Both the position numbers and the translations under genes were made by a program. The notes under the pieces are model-generated. The model saw nothing but the letters and a program-made list of their open reading frames with translations. It was not told where the DNA came from and did no database searches. From an uncultured Burkholderiaceae bacterium (lineage in GTDB: Bacteria; Pseudomonadota; Gammaproteobacteria; Burkholderiales; Burkholderiaceae_C): a stretch of DNA of 33,719 nucleotides. Shown piece after piece: positions 19,018-28,144 of this stretch; position 1 is the first letter of the stretch, and every line of letters starts with the position of its first letter. The stretch is from assembly GCA_964485225.1 (NCBI GenBank), contig CAZAIR010000001.1:1-33719 (forward strand), in the 5' to 3' direction.

Positions 19018-19910
19018 ACCTGGAATGGCTTTTGGGCCAGAAAACGCGCCACCGGCCCCAGGGTGAACAAGTTGGGCGTTTGATCGGCTGGCATGCGGGC
19101 GCGGATGCGTGCGTGGAACTGGCTGTAGTTGCCGCTGAAGGCCCCGTTGCGCCAGGTGGCGAGCAGGTGTTCGGTGAACAGGCCGTTGTGATCACCATCG
19201 GCCGAGGTTTGGTTGTCTTGGCAGCCGCTGATCAGCACCACACTGGCCTTGAAGGTCTTGGCCAAGATGCCCAGGCGTGGGCTGGGGTTGACATTGGCCA
19301 GCGCAGCGTCAGGGTCGATCACCCGGCCGCGGCCCAGGCCGTGCTGCAGTTGGTCGTAGAAGGCTTTGTTGTCGCGGTACACCCGTTCCGCCACAGGCCG
19401 AGGCATCTCGCGCGAGCGTGCGCCGCCATGGGCTGGCGGGCCAGTGCGCACCGCGCTGCCGCTGTGGCAGGCGTCGCTCAGCACCAAGATGCGCACGCCA
19501 GCGGCGAAGTGCGACAGGGCTGCATACATCTCGTCGTCGATCACCTGACCGTCCCACAGGCACCAGGTTTCATCGCGATGGTCGGGTTCATCGCCGTCAA
19601 CGTCGGGCACTTGCCCGCCGTGGCCGCTGAAGGTCAGGACAAACAGATCGCCATTCACCAGTGCCTTGGCCGCGGCGCTCACCGCCCCCATCACCTTGGC
19701 GCGGGTGGCTTGCTTGGTGAGCAGCACGGTGGGCTTCATGCCCTGCGCCTTGGCCAGTGCGGCCATGTCATGGGCGTCGAACTCGCAGGCCGTCAGTTGG
19801 CCGTCCCAGCCAGCGTAGTGCTTGGGGTTCACCAAGTTCAAGCCGATGTGCAGCGACAACGCCTTGGCTTTGGTCTTGGCGGCGGTCGGTGCTTTGGGTG
19901 TGGTGGCCAT
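19014..19910 (-). CDS. Metacaspase (peptidase C14 family)
   Basis: AL.IGLN, L..C..DA..M, AT...V, FSGHGGQ.PD..GDE.D..DET (His 19620-19622), IDDE, SDACHSG (Cys 19467-19469), p10 motifs [19 protein letters not shown]. Confidence 0.92.
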   Translation of the reverse strand: MATTPKAPTAAKTKAKALSLHIGLNLVNPKHYAGWDGQLTACEFDAHDMAALAKAQGMKPTVLLTKQATRAKVMGAVSAAAKALVNGDLFVLTFSGHGGQVPDVDGDEPDHRDETWCLWDGQVIDDEMYAALSHFAAGVRILVLSDACHSGSAVRTGPPAHGGARSREMPRPVAERVYRDNKAFYDQLQHGLGRGRVIDPDAALANVNPSPRLGILAKTFKASVVLISGCQDNQTSADGDHNGLFTEHLLATWRNGAFSGNYSQFHARIRARMPADQTPNLFTLGPVARFLAQKPFQV

Positions 19911-19937
19911 GCGAGTCTCAGGTGGCGGGGGACGCCG

Positions 19938-19984
19938 ATTGTGGGCAGCCACCCCCTTGCCGGGCTACCCGGGAAACATGGGGG
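19938..19984 (-). promoter_or_regulatory. Putative promoter of the metacaspase-CHAT operon: semi-palindromic box plus -10 CACAAT
   Basis: Minus-strand CCCCCATGTTTCCCGGGT (19984-19967), 23 nt spacer, CACAAT (19943-19938); the same layout occurs at 28076-28121. Confidence 0.4.
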
Positions 19985-19992
19985 GCGGTCCT

Positions 19993-20160
19993 TCAGCCCA
20001 TGCGGGCCAGGCGGCCGCTGGCGTCAAGGTCCCAGACCTCGGGGCCGTACTGCGTGCGCGCCACCTTGCGCAGTCATGACTGGTGGTGCTGCAAAGCCTG
20101 CTTCGGGCTGAGACCAGCGTCGTTCAAGCGCCGACTGTAGGCGCTCAAGCGGTGCCGCTT
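19993..20160 (-). pseudogene. Probable gene remnant with an in-frame TGA
   Basis: Frame KRHRLSAYSRRLNDAGLSPKQALQHHQS*LRKVARTQYGPEVWDLDASGRLARMG*; 48 of 54 sense codons end in G/C; family not recognised. Confidence 0.4.
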
Positions 20161-20185
20161 GGCGCGGAAGGGCACACTGCTGACC

Positions 20186-20794
20186 ATGCCGAATGCTTCG
20201 ACCTTGGTGCTGTTGGCGCACCCCGACTTGGCCCACTCGCGCGTCACACGCCGCATGGTCGCCGCGCTCGCGGCCGAGCCCGGGGTGAGCGTGCGCGACC
20301 TCTACGCCCTCTACCCTGACTACTGGATCGATGTGCCTGCCGAGCGCGCGGCGATGCAGGCGGCGCAACTGGTGGTGTGGCTGCACCCCATCCATTGGTA
20401 CAGCATGCCGGCGCTGATGAAGCTGTGGGTCGACCACGTGCTGGGCTACGGATGGGCCTACGGGCCGGGCGGTACGGCCTTGGCCGGCAAAGACCTGTGG
20501 TTGTGCACCAGTGCCGGCGGCTCGGCCCAGAGCTACAGCGCCGAAGGCGCGCACAGCTTGCCCTTTGAGGCCTTCCTGCCCGCCTACCGCCAAACCGCGG
20601 CGCTGACGCGCATGCGCTTCTTGCCACCGGCCGTGTTTTTCCACGCCCACCGCGCCGACAACGCCGAGCTGGATGCCCATGTGCAGCAGGTGCTGGCCCA
20701 GGTGCGCACCTATCCCGCCGGCTTTGAGGCCACACCCTGGCCGCTGCCCGACCCCGCGACCGGCGACCGCCCTGACACGCAGGAGCTGGTGTGA
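20186..20794 (+). CDS. kefF: Glutathione-regulated K+ efflux ancillary protein (flavodoxin-like fold)
   Basis: AHP....S, DLY.LYPD..IDV.AE, HPI.WYSMPAL.K.W.D.V...GWAYG.GG.AL.GK; directly upstream of kefC. Confidence 0.88.
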   Translation: MPNASTLVLLAHPDLAHSRVTRRMVAALAAEPGVSVRDLYALYPDYWIDVPAERAAMQAAQLVVWLHPIHWYSMPALMKLWVDHVLGYGWAYGPGGTALAGKDLWLCTSAGGSAQSYSAEGAHSLPFEAFLPAYRQTAALTRMRFLPPAVFFHAHRADNAELDAHVQQVLAQVRTYPAGFEATPWPLPDPATGDRPDTQELV

Positions 20795-22617
20795 TGCACG
20801 AGAACGACTGGCTGAGTGCGGCCCTGGTGTTCCTGGCTGCCGCGGTGGTGGTGGTGCCGCTGGCCAAGCGCCTGGGCCTGGGGGCCATCTTGGGCTACCT
20901 GGTGGCCGGTGTGGCCATTGGCCCCGGCGCGTTGGCGCTGGTGGCCGACCCGCAATCGGTGCTGCACGTGGCCGAGTTCGGCGTGGTGCTGATGCTGTTC
21001 TTGGTCGGGCTGGAGCTCGACCCCAAGCGCCTGTGGTCCATGCGCCGGCCGATCTTCGGCGCCGGCTCCGCGCAGGTGCTGGTGTCGACCGGCTTGTTGG
21101 CGGCGGTGGGGGTGGCCTTGGGGCTGGATTGGCGCGTGGCGGTGGTTGGCGGCTTGGCGCTGGCGATGTCGTCCACCGCCATCGGTCTGGGCGTGCTGAA
21201 CGAGCGCAACTTGCTGCCCTCGGCTGGGGGCCAGCGCGTGCTGGCCGTGTCGCTGTTCCAAGACATCGCGGCCATCCCGATCCTGGCGCTGATCCCCCTG
21301 CTGACGCTGGCGCCCACGGCCGCCAGCGAAGGCGGTGCCGGCTGGCAGGCCCTCAAGGCCCTGGGCATGGTGCTGGCGCTGGTGGTGGGCGGGCGCCTGC
21401 TGCTGCACCCGGCGCTGCGCTGGATCGCCCGCAGCGGCAGCGGCCCTGAGCTGTTCACCGCCGCCGCGCTGGCGCTGGTGGTGGGCAGCGCGGCGCTGAT
21501 GCGGGCGGCCGGTTTGTCGATGGCGCTGGGGGCGTTTTTGGCCGGCGTACTGCTGGCCGAGAGCGAGTACCGGCGCGAGCTGGAAACCGACATCGAGCCC
21601 TTCAAAGGCTTGCTGCTGGGCTTGTTCTTCATGGCGGTGGGCATGAGCATCGACCTGGCCGTGGTGGCGCAAGCGCCGCTGCTGGTGGCGGGGCTGGTGC
21701 TGGGTTTCGTGATCCTCAAAGCCCTGGTGCTGTGGCCGATGGCGCGGCGCATGCAACTGCCGCTGAGCGACCGGCCCTTCTTCGTGCTGCTGCTGGCCCA
21801 GGGCGGTGAGTTCGGTTTCGTGGTGGCGCAGGCCGGCTTTGGCGCGCAGGTGCTGGACGCCCGCACCAACTCGCTGCTGCTGGCGGCCATCGCGCTGTCG
21901 ATGCTTCTCACCCCGCTGCTGCTGTTGGTGGTGGACCGCTGGTGGCTGCCGCGCTTGGCCGGTTGCGCGCCCGCGGTGGCGCGCGACGCGCCCGAACTGA
22001 CCGAGCCGCAGCACGCCAGCGTCATCATTGCCGGCTACGGCCGCTATGGGCAGATCGTCGGCCGCTTGCTGTCGGCACAGGGCCAACAAGCCACCGTGCT
22101 GGACCACGACGCCGAGCAGGTGGAGGGCGTGCGCAAGTTCGGCTGGGAAGCCTTTTTCGGCGATGCCACGCGGCTGGATCTGCTGCGCACCGCCGGTGCC
22201 GAGCGCGCCAAGGTGCTGGTGGTGGCGCTGGACGACATGGCCCAAAGCGAGAAGCTGGTGAAGCTGGCGCAGGCCCACTTCCCGCACCTGACGCTGGTGG
22301 TGCGGGCCCGCAACGTCACCCACTACTACGCGCTGCGGCGCTTGGGCGTGACGCACATCCAGCGCGAGACCTTCGAGAGCGCGCTGGTCAGCGCGCGAAG
22401 CGTGCTCGAAGCGCTGGGCATGGAGCCCCATGCCGCCCGGCAAAAGGCGCAGCAGTTCCGCCAACACAACCTGGAGCAGATGGAGGCGCTGCTGCCGCAC
22501 TTGGGCGACGAAGCCCAGGTGATCGCGCTGTCCAAGCTGGGCCGGCAGCAGCTGGAAACCCTCTGGGCGGCCCAGCGCGACCAAGAGCGGCGCACCCGCA
22601 GCACCTGGAGCGATTGA
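20794..22617 (+). CDS. kefC: Glutathione-regulated K+/H+ efflux protein (CPA2 plus KTN); KefC/KefB paralog assignment not certain
   Basis: AEFGVVLMLF.VGLEL, SSTAI, LFQDIA, SEYR.ELE.DIEPFKGLLLGLFF, QGGEFGFV, IIAGYGRYGQI, FGDATR.DLL. Confidence 0.9.
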   Translation: MHENDWLSAALVFLAAAVVVVPLAKRLGLGAILGYLVAGVAIGPGALALVADPQSVLHVAEFGVVLMLFLVGLELDPKRLWSMRRPIFGAGSAQVLVSTGLLAAVGVALGLDWRVAVVGGLALAMSSTAIGLGVLNERNLLPSAGGQRVLAVSLFQDIAAIPILALIPLLTLAPTAASEGGAGWQALKALGMVLALVVGGRLLLHPALRWIARSGSGPELFTAAALALVVGSAALMRAAGLSMALGAFLAGVLLAESEYRRELETDIEPFKGLLLGLFFMAVGMSIDLAVVAQAPLLVAGLVLGFVILKALVLWPMARRMQLPLSDRPFFVLLLAQGGEFGFVVAQAGFGAQVLDARTNSLLLAAIALSMLLTPLLLLVVDRWWLPRLAGCAPAVARDAPELTEPQHASVIIAGYGRYGQIVGRLLSAQGQQATVLDHDAEQVEGVRKFGWEAFFGDATRLDLLRTAGAERAKVLVVALDDMAQSEKLVKLAQAHFPHLTLVVRARNVTHYYALRRLGVTHIQRETFESALVSARSVLEALGMEPHAARQKAQQFRQHNLEQMEALLPHLGDEAQVIALSKLGRQQLETLWAAQRDQERRTRSTWSD

Positions 22618-22727
22618 GGGGTTTCAGCTCGTCATGGACGGGGTGCAGAACCCGTGACGCGGGCTGCCGTCAGCGACGAAGCACCTGGCAAGGGCCTGGG
22701 CATGCAAGGCCTGCAGTGGTCAGGTCT

Positions 22728-23294
22728 TCAGGCGCGTTGGATGACGTAGACGGCCACCGGGGCGCGCCAGTTGGGGGCTGTGTCGATACGCTGCTCGCCG
22801 CGCAAGCCAAAGCTTTGCAGCACGCGGATGCCCAGGCGGCCGCAGAGCAGCGCAAAGTCGGCGTGCGTGCCCACGCGGATGTTGGGCGTGTCGTGCCACT
22901 GGTAGGGCAGGGTGCGCGTGACGGGCATGCGCCCGGCCAGCACCTGCAGCCGGTTGGGCCAGTGCGCGAAGTTGGGGAAGCTGACGATGCCGGTGCGGCC
23001 CACGCGCACGGTTTCCTGCAGCATCTCGGCGGCGTTGCGCACCTGCTGCAGGGTTTGCAGCTGCAGCACCACGTCAAAGCTCTGGTCCTGGAACATGGAC
23101 AGGCCTTGCTCCAGGTTCAGCTGCAGCACGTTCACGCCGCGCGCCGCGCAGGCCAGCAGGTGCGTGTCGTCCAACTCGATGCCGTAGCCGCTGCAGGCCT
23201 TCTCGCGCTGCAGCAGCGCCAGCAGCTCGCCGCTGCCGCAGCCCAGGTCCAGCACCCGGCTGCCGCTCGGGATCAGGTCGGCGATCGCCTTCAC
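22728..23294 (-). CDS. metW: Methionine biosynthesis protein MetW
   Basis: GTG start overlaps the metX stop; [30 protein letters not shown]....LPYQW.DTPNIR. Confidence 0.93.
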   Translation of the reverse strand: MKAIADLIPSGSRVLDLGCGSGELLALLQREKACSGYGIELDDTHLLACAARGVNVLQLNLEQGLSMFQDQSFDVVLQLQTLQQVRNAAEMLQETVRVGRTGIVSFPNFAHWPNRLQVLAGRMPVTRTLPYQWHDTPNIRVGTHADFALLCGRLGIRVLQSFGLRGEQRIDTAPNWRAPVAVYVIQRA

Positions 23295-24421
23295 AGGCCC
23301 ACCTCGGTCGCGATTTGGTTGAAGCGGTGCCGCAGCAGGCCGTGGTAGCGGGGGTCGTCCATCAAGAAAGCATCGTGGCCATGGGGGGCGTCGATCTCGG
23401 CGTAGGTGACGTCGAGTTGGTTGTCCAGCAAGGCCTGCACGATCTGCCGCGAGCGCGCGGGCGAAAAACGCCAATCGGTGGTGAAACTGGCCACCAAGAA
23501 CTTGGCTTTGGCGCTGGCAAAGGCGGCGCTCAGGTTGCCACCGAAGGCGGCAGCCGGGTCGAATTCGTCGAGCGCGCGTTGGATCAGCAAGTAGGTGTTG
23601 GCGTCGAAGTAGCCGGCGAACTTGTCACCCTGGTGGCGCAGGTAGCTCTCGATCTGGAACTCGTCGCGACCGTCTTCCTCGGCGCGCCGCTCGCGGCCGA
23701 ACTTGGCGTCCATCACGTCGTCGCTCAGGTAGGTGATGTGGCCCAGCATGCGGGCCACGCGCAGGCCGGCCTTGGGCACCACATCGTGGGCGTAAAAGTG
23801 CCCGCCGTGGAAGTCGGGGTCGCTGACGATGGCGCGCCGCGCCACCTCGTTGAAGGCCAGGTTCTGGGCCGACAGATTGGGTGCGGTGGCAATCGCCAGG
23901 CAGTGGCCCAAGCGCTCGGGCTTGCGCAAGCTCCAGTCCAGCGCCTGCATGCCGCCCAGGCTGCCGCCCAGCACAGCGGCCAAGCGCGTGATGCCGAAAT
24001 GGTCGACCACGCGCGCTTGCGCGTCCACCCAGTCTTGCACCGTCACCAACGGGAAGTCACCGCCCCAGGCACGGCCGGTGGCGGGGTTGGTGTGCATGGG
24101 CCCGGTGGAGCCGAAGCAGGAGCCCAGGTTGTTGATGCCGATGACAAAGAATCGATCGGTGTCCAGCGGGCGGCCGGGGCCGATCAGGTTGTCCCACCAG
24201 CCGGTGCTGCGCGGGTCGTCGTAATGCCCGGCCACGTGGTGGCTGGCGTTGAGCGCGTGGCACACCAGCACCGCGTTGCTCTTGGCGGCATTCAAGGTGC
24301 CGTAGGTTTCCACCATCAGGTGGTAGGCCGGCATCACCCCGCCGCGGTGCAGCGGCAGCGGGGTGTCGAAGTCAAGGCGAATGGGCTCCACGCGGCCCAC
24401 GCCGCGTGCGGCTGTGGCCAT
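23291..24421 (-). CDS. metX: Homoserine O-acyl (acetyl/succinyl) transferase, MetX family
   Basis: [38 protein letters not shown] nucleophile, FDANTY, DWRF, HGHDAFL. Confidence 0.95.
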   Translation of the reverse strand: MATAARGVGRVEPIRLDFDTPLPLHRGGVMPAYHLMVETYGTLNAAKSNAVLVCHALNASHHVAGHYDDPRSTGWWDNLIGPGRPLDTDRFFVIGINNLGSCFGSTGPMHTNPATGRAWGGDFPLVTVQDWVDAQARVVDHFGITRLAAVLGGSLGGMQALDWSLRKPERLGHCLAIATAPNLSAQNLAFNEVARRAIVSDPDFHGGHFYAHDVVPKAGLRVARMLGHITYLSDDVMDAKFGRERRAEEDGRDEFQIESYLRHQGDKFAGYFDANTYLLIQRALDEFDPAAAFGGNLSAAFASAKAKFLVASFTTDWRFSPARSRQIVQALLDNQLDVTYAEIDAPHGHDAFLMDDPRYHGLLRHRFNQIATEVGL

Positions 24422-26298
24422 CAGGGCGCCTTACACAGGCAGTGCACGTGCGCCGCCATGGGCAGCGGGCCGCGGTTCGCGTTCTGCAGGTTCACCTGCA
24501 TCAGCCAGCCCAGCTCCTGCTGCGCTTCGGTCAGCGGTGCCGGCAGCTGCGGCAGGCCGATGGCTTGCTTGATGGCGGCGCCCAAGGCAGGTGCGTGGGT
24601 GCTGAACAGGTTCTCGATCAGCTGCTCGCTGCGGCTGCGCTCTTTTTCGATGTACTTCAGCGTGGGCGTGCCCTCCAGCTTGGCCTTCTTGGCAGCGCTG
24701 GCCACGGCGTCCTGGAAGCTGCCAACGCGGTCGATCAGCTTGCGGTCCAAGGCTTGTTGGCCGGTCCATACGCGGCCTTGGGCGACGGCGTCGATCGCCT
24801 CGGGCGTGGTGTTGCGGGCCTTGGCAGCGCGGCCGGTGAAGTCGGTGTAGATGCCCTCAATCGCCGCTTGCACCGCCTGCTTCACGCGCGGGTCCAGCGG
24901 CAGGCGGGGGTCGCCAGCACCTACTAGCCAAGTGGTGCCGTAGCCGCCGGTGTGCAGCGAGATCTTGTCCAGCGCTTTGGTGGCGTTGGGCAGCATGCCG
25001 AACACGCCGATCGATCCTGTGACGGTGCTCGGCTCAGCGATCACCTCGTCGGCGCTCATGCTGATCCAGTAACCGCCCGAGGCCGCCACGTCGCCCATCG
25101 ACACGACAACCGGCTTGCCGGCCTTGCGCGTCAGTTCCAGCTCGCGGCGGATGATTTCGCTGGCGAAGGCGCTACCACCGGGCGAGTTCACGCGCAGCAC
25201 CACGGCTGCCACTTGCTCGTCCTCTCGCGCCCGGCGCACCAGCGCAGCCGTGCTGTCGCCGCCAATGGTGCCGGGGCTTGCCGTGCCGTCCACGATGTTG
25301 CCCTCGGCGACCACCACCGCCACCTGCTTGTCCGGGCCGGGCAGGGTGGGCTTGATCTGAGCCAGGTAACCCTTCAAGTCAATGCGCCGAAAGCTGGTGC
25401 CTTTGTCGTCCTTCGCGCCCTTTTCAGTGATCAGGGCGCGCACTTCGTCGCGCTCCTTCAGGCCGTCCACCAGCTTGGCCTCGACGGCCAGCTGGCCGGT
25501 GTTGCCCTTGAGGGCCACGAGGCGGTCGGCCAGGGTCTCGATGTAGGTCGTGACCGCGCCCTTCTCTAGCTTGCGAGCGGCCTCCACACCTTCCATGTAG
25601 CGGCTCCACAGCGCGCCATACAGGTAGCCCTCGCTTTCGATGGTGGCCGGTGACGGGCCGTTGGCGAAGTAGGGCTCGCCGAAATTCTTGTACTTGCCCG
25701 CACGCACCACGTTGGCGTCCACGCCAATACGCTCGAACAAGTCTTTGTAGTAGTTGCGGTAACGGCCAAAGCCCTCCAGCAGCACCGCGCCCATGGGATG
25801 CATGTAGACCTCGTTGGCGCGCGCGGCCAATTGGTAGCTGCGTTGGTCATAGCCATCGCTGTAGGCCACCACGCGCTTGCCGCTGGCCTTGAATCGTTCG
25901 ATGGCCGCAGCCACTTCGTGCAGGCTGGCTTGCCCGCCGCCGTTGAAACCAGAGAAATCCAGCAGCACTTGGGCGATGCGCTCGTCTTTGGCGGCGTGCT
26001 CTAGCACTTTCAGCACATCGCGAAGCTGGGTTTGGTCGGTCGACTCACCTTGCACTTCCTTGCTCAGGCGTTCGCTGGGGGTGCCCGAGCGTTGCTCAAC
26101 CAAGCGACCTTCCAGGTTCAAGACCAAGGTCGTTTGTGGTTTCAGGTCTGGTGCACCGCCCTTGAACAGCGCCACCACCACGGCGATCACGATGATCAGC
26201 CATAGCAAATTGAAGGCGAAACGGCGGCTGCCGTCGACCCAACCCCAAGCGCGGGCGATGAAGCGCCCAACGGGCGACAAAACTTGGCGGAGTCCCAT
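24421..26298 (-). CDS. sppA: Signal peptide peptidase SppA (protease IV, long form)
   Basis: N-terminal TM; G.YK; [48 protein letters not shown]. Confidence 0.95.
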   Translation of the reverse strand: MGLRQVLSPVGRFIARAWGWVDGSRRFAFNLLWLIIVIAVVVALFKGGAPDLKPQTTLVLNLEGRLVEQRSGTPSERLSKEVQGESTDQTQLRDVLKVLEHAAKDERIAQVLLDFSGFNGGGQASLHEVAAAIERFKASGKRVVAYSDGYDQRSYQLAARANEVYMHPMGAVLLEGFGRYRNYYKDLFERIGVDANVVRAGKYKNFGEPYFANGPSPATIESEGYLYGALWSRYMEGVEAARKLEKGAVTTYIETLADRLVALKGNTGQLAVEAKLVDGLKERDEVRALITEKGAKDDKGTSFRRIDLKGYLAQIKPTLPGPDKQVAVVVAEGNIVDGTASPGTIGGDSTAALVRRAREDEQVAAVVLRVNSPGGSAFASEIIRRELELTRKAGKPVVVSMGDVAASGGYWISMSADEVIAEPSTVTGSIGVFGMLPNATKALDKISLHTGGYGTTWLVGAGDPRLPLDPRVKQAVQAAIEGIYTDFTGRAAKARNTTPEAIDAVAQGRVWTGQQALDRKLIDRVGSFQDAVASAAKKAKLEGTPTLKYIEKERSRSEQLIENLFSTHAPALGAAIKQAIGLPQLPAPLTEAQQELGWLMQVNLQNANRGPLPMAAHVHCLCKAP

Positions 26299-26399
26299 GA
26301 CCGAATCCCTTCTGAAGAGGGCCACGATTCTAGGGAGCGCCCTGAGCCATGCCACCCGTCACGGCTACTAGGATCGGTCGCAAACTTGCAAGGACGCCC

Positions 26400-28058
26400 A
26401 TGCGCCGCTGGATCAACGCCCTCAACGAGCAGTTCCCTGTCCGGTACCTCTCCTGGCTGTTGTGTGTCGTCGGCTTTCTCCTCTGTGCCTTCAACTGGGC
26501 CCTGACTGACCTGACACCCTGGCTGTGCCTGGCTTTCGGTGCGCTGTCGGTGCTGGGCCTGCGGGACGTGCTGCAAACCAAGCGCGCCATCCTTCGCAAC
26601 TACCCCGTCATTGGGCACTTGCGTTTCTTGTTCGAGTTCATCCGACCCGAGATCCGGCAGTACTTCATCGAGCCCGACAACGAGGCCGCGCCGTTCTCGC
26701 GCCAGCAGCGCTCGCTGGTGTACCAACGTGCCAAAGGCGATCCGGACAAGCGCCCCTTCGGCACGCAGTTGGATGTGGGTGCGGGTGGCTACGAGTGGAT
26801 CAACCACTCGATGGTGCCCACGAAATTGCCCTCGCACGATTTCCGCATCACGATCGGGCAAGAGCGCGCGCAGCCTTACTCGGCCAGCGTGTTCAACATC
26901 TCCGCCATGAGTTTTGGTTCGCTGTCGGCCAACGCCATCAAGGCACTGAACCTGGGCGCCAAGAACGGTGGCTTTGCGCACGACACCGGTGAAGGCTCGA
27001 TCAGCGAGCACCACCGCCTTCACGGCGGCGACCTGATCTGGGAGATCGGCTCTGGCTACTTCGGCTGCCGCCACAGCGACGGCAGCTTCAACGCCGAGAT
27101 GTTTGCCAGCAACGCGCGAGAGGCCCAGGTCAAGCTGATTGAGATCAAGCTCAGCCAGGGCGCCAAGCCGGGCCACGGCGGGGTGCTGCCTGGGGCCAAG
27201 GTCACCCCGGAGATCGCTGCAGCCCGCGGTGTGCAGGTGGGCGAAGACTGCATCAGCCCTGCCGCCCACAGCGCCTTCTCTACGCCCATTGAACTGCTGC
27301 AGTTCGTGCAGCGCTTGCGGGATTTGAGCGGCGACAAGCCGGTTGGCTTCAAGCTGTGCATCGGTCACCCCTGGGAGTGGTTCGCCATTTGCAAAGCCAT
27401 GGTGGCCACGGGCATCACGCCCGATTTCATCGTGGTTGATGGCGCTGAGGGCGGCACCGGGGCCGCGCCGCTGGAGTTCACCGACCACGTCGGTACGCCG
27501 CTGCAAGAAGGCCTACTCCTGGTGCACAACACCTTGGTGGGCCTCAACCTGCGCCACAAGATCGCCATCGGCTGCGCAGGCAAGGTCACCTCCGCCTTCG
27601 ATATCGCCCGCCTGATGGCCTTGGGGGCTGACTGGTGCAACGCGGCTCGCGCTTTCATGTTTGCGCTGGGTTGCATCCAGGCGCAAACCTGTCATACCGG
27701 CCACTGCCCGACCGGCGTCACCACCCAAGATCCCGTCCGCCAGCGTGCACTGGTGGTGGGTGACAAGGCCGAACGGGTGCAGCGCTTCCATGCGCTGACC
27801 TTGCATGCGTTGAAGGAGTTGGTGCAGGCTGCTGGCGTGAACCACCCAGGCGAGATCACCGCCTCGCACATCGTGCGTCGCACCAACAGCGAGGAGGTGC
27901 GCCTGCTAGCGAACTTGCTGCCCTTCGTCCAGGGGGGGGCTTTGCTCGGGGATCACATGCCCCACCCCGTCTACCAAGCGTATTGGCACCTGGCAAGTGC
28001 CGACAGTTTTTCGCCCCAGGGCGCCATTCCCGGCTTGCAGCAAGGCATCGCAACGTGA
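26400..28058 (+). CDS. FMN-binding glutamate synthase family protein (stand-alone, membrane anchored)
   Basis: N-terminal TM; NISAMSFG.LS, HDTGEG, IEIKLSQGAKPGHGG.LP..K, DGAEGGTGAAP, Fe-S motif CIQAQTCHTGHCPTG. Confidence 0.92.
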   Translation: MRRWINALNEQFPVRYLSWLLCVVGFLLCAFNWALTDLTPWLCLAFGALSVLGLRDVLQTKRAILRNYPVIGHLRFLFEFIRPEIRQYFIEPDNEAAPFSRQQRSLVYQRAKGDPDKRPFGTQLDVGAGGYEWINHSMVPTKLPSHDFRITIGQERAQPYSASVFNISAMSFGSLSANAIKALNLGAKNGGFAHDTGEGSISEHHRLHGGDLIWEIGSGYFGCRHSDGSFNAEMFASNAREAQVKLIEIKLSQGAKPGHGGVLPGAKVTPEIAAARGVQVGEDCISPAAHSAFSTPIELLQFVQRLRDLSGDKPVGFKLCIGHPWEWFAICKAMVATGITPDFIVVDGAEGGTGAAPLEFTDHVGTPLQEGLLLVHNTLVGLNLRHKIAIGCAGKVTSAFDIARLMALGADWCNAARAFMFALGCIQAQTCHTGHCPTGVTTQDPVRQRALVVGDKAERVQRFHALTLHALKELVQAAGVNHPGEITASHIVRRTNSEEVRLLANLLPFVQGGALLGDHMPHPVYQAYWHLASADSFSPQGAIPGLQQGIAT

Positions 28059-28075
28059 GCGTTTTAGCCCGCAGC

Positions 28076-28121
28076 ACCCCGTGAACCCGGGGAGACGGCA
28101 AGCCCCCTGGCTGCGCACAAT
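28076..28121 (+). promoter_or_regulatory. Putative promoter: semi-palindromic box plus -10 CACAAT
   Basis: ACCCCGTGAACCCGGGGA (28076-28093), 22 nt spacer, CACAAT (28116-28121). Confidence 0.4.
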
Positions 28122-28144
28122 CGTGCCTTGTTGTTCAGGTCGCC

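Noticed and set aside
16429-19910. CRISPR-, gasdermin- or prophage-associated context for the caspase-like pair
   Set aside because: No repeat-spacer array, cas gene, gasdermin-like ORF, integrase or clear composition shift is visible in the window.
20074-20076. Selenocysteine codon
   Set aside because: No redox-motif context or recognisable selenoprotein family, and the downstream hairpin is not clearly a SECIS. Kept only as a minor alternative.
20710-22584. 624 aa antisense ORF, and similar long shadow ORFs (14027-15658, 7458-9059, 23315-24850, 29617-31050, 31901-33286)
   Set aside because: They mirror well-supported genes on the opposite strand, carry no motifs, and are expected from stop-codon scarcity at high GC.
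22618-22727. Possible sRNA or terminator between kefC and metW
   Set aside because: Only short imperfect stems (ACGGG/CCCGT); no U-tract or recognisable motif.
24421-24480. SAM riboswitch upstream of metX
   Set aside because: The region is sppA coding sequence and no SAM-II/SAM-I consensus was recognised.
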